DNA of 28,474 nucleotides from a virus (lineage: Duplodnaviria; Caudoviricetes): positions 1 to 28,474 of IMG/VR virus record IMGVR_UViG_3300027806_000128; one strand, written 5' to 3'. Shown piece by piece: positions 24,595 to 28,474 of the stretch. A program made the translations under genes and the position numbers. Below the pieces are notes generated by a model. The model saw only the letters and a list, made by a program, of their open reading frames with translations. It was not told the DNA's origin and ran no database searches. Numbering within the stretch: position 1 is the first letter of the stretch; every line of letters starts with the position of its first letter.

Positions 24595-27118
24595 TAGCGT
24601 CCCCTCACAACTTGGGGGCATCTCTCAGCAGGACCCCCGTGTACGCCTGCCTTCGCAGGTTGAAGACAGCCTCAATGCTATCCCACACCCCGTACACGGC
24701 TGCATTAAGCGTCCGGGGACCCGGTGGCTAGGGATGGTGGATACCAACCTCAAAGCCCGATGGCTCTTCCGGGGCCTTAACGGGAGCGATAGGTGGATCA
24801 TTGGGTTTACCTCCGTTCCAACTCCGCAGTTTAAAGTCTACCGCCTTGAGTTGGGTAATCTTTCCGGCTTTGGTCCCGGTCTGGTTGAAGAGACTATTGA
24901 GACCACGCCAAACGCTGTGGCGTACATGAGCGGGCTTACGGGCCCAAGGATTGAAGGAAAAGTTCGCGGCCTCTTTCTTGGCAACGAGATGGTTGTTATC
25001 AATCGGACAAAGACGGTTGCTCTGCTCCCACGGACATATGCCGACGGCGGTATCTCTGGTTCAAGTGTGGCTCCCGGCACAGGCCCATCCACAAGCACAC
25101 CCTACACTCTCATCTGGATTCGGACAGCCGCCTACCAGACTAAGTATTCAGTTACCGTTGATGGGACGCTAGGAGAGTATCAGACTCCCGTGGCAGATGC
25201 AACACAGGTTAACGTTGTTAACATTGCCCAGCGTCTCAAGGAATCCCTTGTGCAAGCCTTAGGGGCCTTGGCACCCGCTTACGATATCTTTACGGACGAG
25301 AACGTACTCTTTATCGCCCGCAAACGGGAAGGTCCTCAGCCTAGCATCAAAGCTACAGATGCGGCTAGTGGCAACTACCTGTCGGTGATTAATGATACCG
25401 TGCAGCGGTTCGCTGATCTTCCCTCACGCTGCTACAATGGAAAGATTGTACGCATCGCTAGTTCTGTGGATGCTCAGGCATCTACATACTACGTTGTGTT
25501 CAGGCAAGAGGGCGGGGGGCCTTCTGGTAAAGGTGTGTGGGAGGAGTGCCCAGCGGCTAACGCCACGGTTGCTTTCGATCCCACAACGATGCCTGTAAGG
25601 ATCACAAGGAGTGCTAGTGGCGTTTGGAAGGCCGATACGTCGCAATGGGATGAACGCACAGCGGGGGACGAGGATACATGCCCAACCCCTAGCCTTGTCG
25701 GTAGAAGTATTACATCTGTGTTCTTGGAAAAGAACCGTCTATGCTTCACTACGCAGAACACCGTAGTCTGCTCAGAAGTAGGAAACTTCTACAACTTCTG
25801 GCGTGTCTCGGCCATGCGTATCAATGATAATGACCGCATCGACCTTACGCTGAACCATCCCGACCTTAGCTACCTCCACGCTGCTGTCCCCTTTGACAAC
25901 ACTATCTTGCTCTTAGGGGACTCGGCACAGTTTGTGTTGACAAGCGGGGACATCCTCTCACCTAAGACGGTGGGGGCCAGCTTCCGCTCAGCGGACCCTC
26001 TTAACATCGCTATCCCCCCATTCAGCGTGCAGTCTGTTGTGTATGCTCTGGGGACCAACAGGAATACCGTTAGGGAATACTATAGGGATTCTAATACGGC
26101 AAATCCAGAATCCATTGATGTTACCTCCCACGTTCCTAAGTTGCTTACAAACATCTTGGGATCAGCTACGGCACCTACAAGCAATAGCACGGTCTTGTGG
26201 AATGGTACTAATCTTGTGGTCTACTATAGGTGGCTCTTTGACGGCCCGACGCAGAAGCTACAATCTGCTTGGACGCGGTGGGAGATGAGTTCCTCGGTTG
26301 ACGGCGTTCTTGGGGAAACCGATTACTTCCTTTTCTTTATTAGGGATGCCGGTGGAACCAGTGGAACCAGCGGCACTCAGCGAGTAGAATACCTTGACCT
26401 AGCAGATTCCCGCATTGCCCCTACAGCCTATGACTTTGACACCTTACGGCTCGACTGTAAGATGTCGCCGTGGGACGCACGGCTCTTTACGCTGTACTCG
26501 ACCACAGATGATGGGGGGCTGGGGCCGTATCGCAGTGTGTTGCCTTTCTTTGAGAATGCTGGTGCTAATGTCTGGAAAGTGTACTACACCACGGGTGCGG
26601 CTACGCCTTCTAATGGGTATATTATAGTTCGTTCGTCAGTTGCGGCCACAGGGATTGACTATACTACGCCAGCGGGCGACTATGAGACTCAGTTCAAGTT
26701 TGTAATCGGGCACCCCTTTAGATACTCACTGGTCCCTTCGCCACTCTTCCTACGGCAGGAAAGCCGGAGCGGTCCTCCAGTGGCAATCACTACAGGATAC
26801 ACAACGGTATCTAAAGTGGACTTGACGTACACTAATACCTCCTCGCTATCTGCTATTGTAACCGGATACATGGTCCCGTCTACAACGCAGACTATCGAAC
26901 CTATTACAAATGAAGAAGCACGGGCTATCGACCCCGATACTGCTTTGGGGTCGTATCAGGAACGCGGCCCTAAGATTGTCGGGGGCGACGTTAGTATCTA
27001 CGCCAACGGACGAGCGGATCAAGTCAGGATTGAGTTTACAGATTCAAGCCCATATTGTTGTTCAATCGTGGGCTTCACTTGGGAAGGTGCTACCTTCCAA
27101 ACTACACAAAGGGTCTAA
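24581..27118 (+). CDS. tail tubular protein B (gp12)
   Basis: GGISQQ..R, GCIKRPG, W.ER.AGDEDT.PTPS, NRLCF, FYNFW, QSAWTRW. Confidence 0.97.
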   Translation: MRISNSVPSQLGGISQQDPRVRLPSQVEDSLNAIPHPVHGCIKRPGTRWLGMVDTNLKARWLFRGLNGSDRWIIGFTSVPTPQFKVYRLELGNLSGFGPGLVEETIETTPNAVAYMSGLTGPRIEGKVRGLFLGNEMVVINRTKTVALLPRTYADGGISGSSVAPGTGPSTSTPYTLIWIRTAAYQTKYSVTVDGTLGEYQTPVADATQVNVVNIAQRLKESLVQALGALAPAYDIFTDENVLFIARKREGPQPSIKATDAASGNYLSVINDTVQRFADLPSRCYNGKIVRIASSVDAQASTYYVVFRQEGGGPSGKGVWEECPAANATVAFDPTTMPVRITRSASGVWKADTSQWDERTAGDEDTCPTPSLVGRSITSVFLEKNRLCFTTQNTVVCSEVGNFYNFWRVSAMRINDNDRIDLTLNHPDLSYLHAAVPFDNTILLLGDSAQFVLTSGDILSPKTVGASFRSADPLNIAIPPFSVQSVVYALGTNRNTVREYYRDSNTANPESIDVTSHVPKLLTNILGSATAPTSNSTVLWNGTNLVVYYRWLFDGPTQKLQSAWTRWEMSSSVDGVLGETDYFLFFIRDAGGTSGTSGTQRVEYLDLADSRIAPTAYDFDTLRLDCKMSPWDARLFTLYSTTDDGGLGPYRSVLPFFENAGANVWKVYYTTGAATPSNGYIIVRSSVAATGIDYTTPAGDYETQFKFVIGHPFRYSLVPSPLFLRQESRSGPPVAITTGYTTVSKVDLTYTNTSSLSAIVTGYMVPSTTQTIEPITNEEARAIDPDTALGSYQERGPKIVGGDVSIYANGRADQVRIEFTDSSPYCCSIVGFTWEGATFQTTQRV

Positions 27119-27564
27119 TGATGATTACACTTCGCAAGGCAACAAAGCAAGATGCGGAGCATGTTGCTGGGAACCTTCGCAAAGCGGACGCATTAGAACT
27201 TGATGCGGCCTGTGGGAGAAGTCCTCAGGCCGTGCTTTTAGAAGCCTTAAATGGCGATTGTTGGGTTGCATGTATTGATAGAATCCCTGCGGCCCTCTTT
27301 GGCCGCGATAGGGTATCTCCCGATACCTCTATTATCTGGATGGTGGGGACCGACAGCATCGCTAAGCGAGCTAAGGACCTTCTTAAACTATCACGAATGA
27401 TTTTTAAGGAATGGCACAAGGACAGCAAGGTTCTAATGAACCGTGTCCATGCCGATAATGCTCTTCATATCCGTTATCTCAAACACCTTGGGTGTACCTT
27501 TGGCCCTCCTTTAAGGAACGCTAGAGGATTTTATTTCATGGAGTTTACTCATGTGTACACCTAG
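27118..27564 (+). CDS. gp13-like internal virion protein A (GNAT-like)
   Basis: LRKADALE...WMVGT...LMNRVHADNALHIRYLKHLG; syntenic. Confidence 0.85.
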   Translation: MMITLRKATKQDAEHVAGNLRKADALELDAACGRSPQAVLLEALNGDCWVACIDRIPAALFGRDRVSPDTSIIWMVGTDSIAKRAKDLLKLSRMIFKEWHKDSKVLMNRVHADNALHIRYLKHLGCTFGPPLRNARGFYFMEFTHVYT

Positions 27565-28090
27565 CAGTGCGTTGGGCGTTGCAAGCACCGCTGTTCAGTA
27601 CGTCGGTGAAAAGAAAGCGGCTGCGGCTGCCAATAACTTTCAAGACCAAAAAGAAGCGGGCGTAGCAAAGGAAGCCACCGACGCATATAGCCTCGGCCTC
27701 AAGGACCGCGAGCAGGTTCTTATGGAAGAATCAACATCCGCATCCGAACAAGGCATTGCCGGTATTGTGGCGAACGCACAGGAGGCGGGGACACAGAAGG
27801 CGGCGTTTGGGTCGCAAGGTGTCTCTGGAAACTCGGTCGATGAAATCATGTCTCAATACTCCGCCATTGAAGAGCGTACCCGTGCTAACGCGGAAACCGA
27901 TCTTCGGTGGAAACAGATTGCTGCTGGGCGTACTGGCGACGCTTTGCGGGCAACCGCAACGAGCCGCATCGCAGAGTCTATCCGTCCTCGACAGGCCGGA
28001 CCTTCGTTGCTTGCAGCTACGTTGCAGGCTGGCGGACAGGTTGCTGGCGGTTATGCGGACTATCAGAAGGCACAGAAAGGTACTAAATGA
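27551..28090 (+). CDS. internal virion protein B (gp14-like)
   Basis: MC start, Ala-rich, GVSGNSVD motif. Confidence 0.88.
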   Translation: MCTPSSALGVASTAVQYVGEKKAAAAANNFQDQKEAGVAKEATDAYSLGLKDREQVLMEESTSASEQGIAGIVANAQEAGTQKAAFGSQGVSGNSVDEIMSQYSAIEERTRANAETDLRWKQIAAGRTGDALRATATSRIAESIRPRQAGPSLLAATLQAGGQVAGGYADYQKAQKGTK

Positions 28091-28474
28091 GTCAGTTTAC
28101 TAATGCACAGCTCACGCCTCAGGCTCGGGTTGTTGATTCATATGCGGCCCCTATTGTGGCTCCTCCCTCTAACAAAGGCGAGGAACTTGCTCAGCTGGCT
28201 CAGGGCCTTTCGCAGTTCAGCAGCGGCCTTAAGCGTTACGAGAACTACGCTAATGAGCAGAAGCGTCAAGAGCTTACAGAGCAGATTAAAGCCGATGCAG
28301 CCGACAAGTACAAGAACATGCAGGAGTTTCAGGCTGCTGTAGATGCCAAGAAGATTGCCTATCAGGATGTGCCGTGGGCCATCAGCGACCTTAAAGCCGC
28401 TGTCGCCCGCAATCAGGCCCTTGCAAACTCCGAGAAAGCCTACGAAGGGTACCTACAGGACCCTACAAGGTTCA
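28087..28474 (+). CDS. internal virion protein C (gp15-like), truncated by window end
   Basis: ATG 28087 (MSQFTNAQLTPQARVVDSY...LAQGLSQFSSGL), open to the end; syntenic. Confidence 0.8.
   Translation, partial: MSQFTNAQLTPQARVVDSYAAPIVAPPSNKGEELAQLAQGLSQFSSGLKRYENYANEQKRQELTEQIKADAADKYKNMQEFQAAVDAKKIAYQDVPWAISDLKAAVARNQALANSEKAYEGYLQDPTRF

Larger units (their letters stand above)
1..28474 (+). mobile_element. T7-like (Autographiviridae) phage genome segment
   Basis: Colinear single-subunit RNAP, SSB, primase-helicase, PolA, exonuclease, portal, scaffold, capsid, tail tubes A/B and internal virion genes, all on one strand. No host genes or integrase in the window. Confidence 0.97.

Noticed and set aside
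26351-26377. 9-bp tandem repeat (GGAACCAG core) in tail tube B
   Set aside because: Encodes a short GTSGTSGT loop; too short to imply a mechanism.
28103-28342. 79-aa ORF in the ORF track
   Set aside because: Out-of-frame shadow of the gp15-like gene starting at 28087.

Overview
A 28.5-kb internal segment of a T7-like phage genome (Autographiviridae-type podovirus) with every supported gene on the + strand. The first ~7.1 kb holds small, mostly unknown early genes. These include an RNA-ligase-family protein, a Gp88-like protein, a PRTase-like protein, a glycosidase-like TIM barrel and two tandem genes sharing a near-identical 5' module. A ~200-bp palindrome-rich non-coding region precedes the single-subunit RNA polymerase. 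The replication module follows: SSB, RusA in place of T7 endonuclease I, a degenerate gp3.5 amidase, primase-helicase, family A DNA polymerase, a PD-(D/E)XK nuclease, 5' exonuclease, DUF5664 and DUF4406. The virion module is portal, scaffold, an inserted holin/spanin cassette, major capsid flanked by two beta-rich proteins, a terminator, tail tubes A and B and internal virion proteins, truncated at the window end. The most notable signals are: (1) a T7-like promoter followed by a closed multi-hairpin leader directly upstream of the RNAP gene, together with an apparently catalytically dead gp3.5; (2) a constant-N/variable-C tandem gene pair; (3) an endolysin-less lysis cassette inside the head module; (4) several apparent pseudo-enzymes. 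All family calls come from motif recognition by eye; no searches were run.
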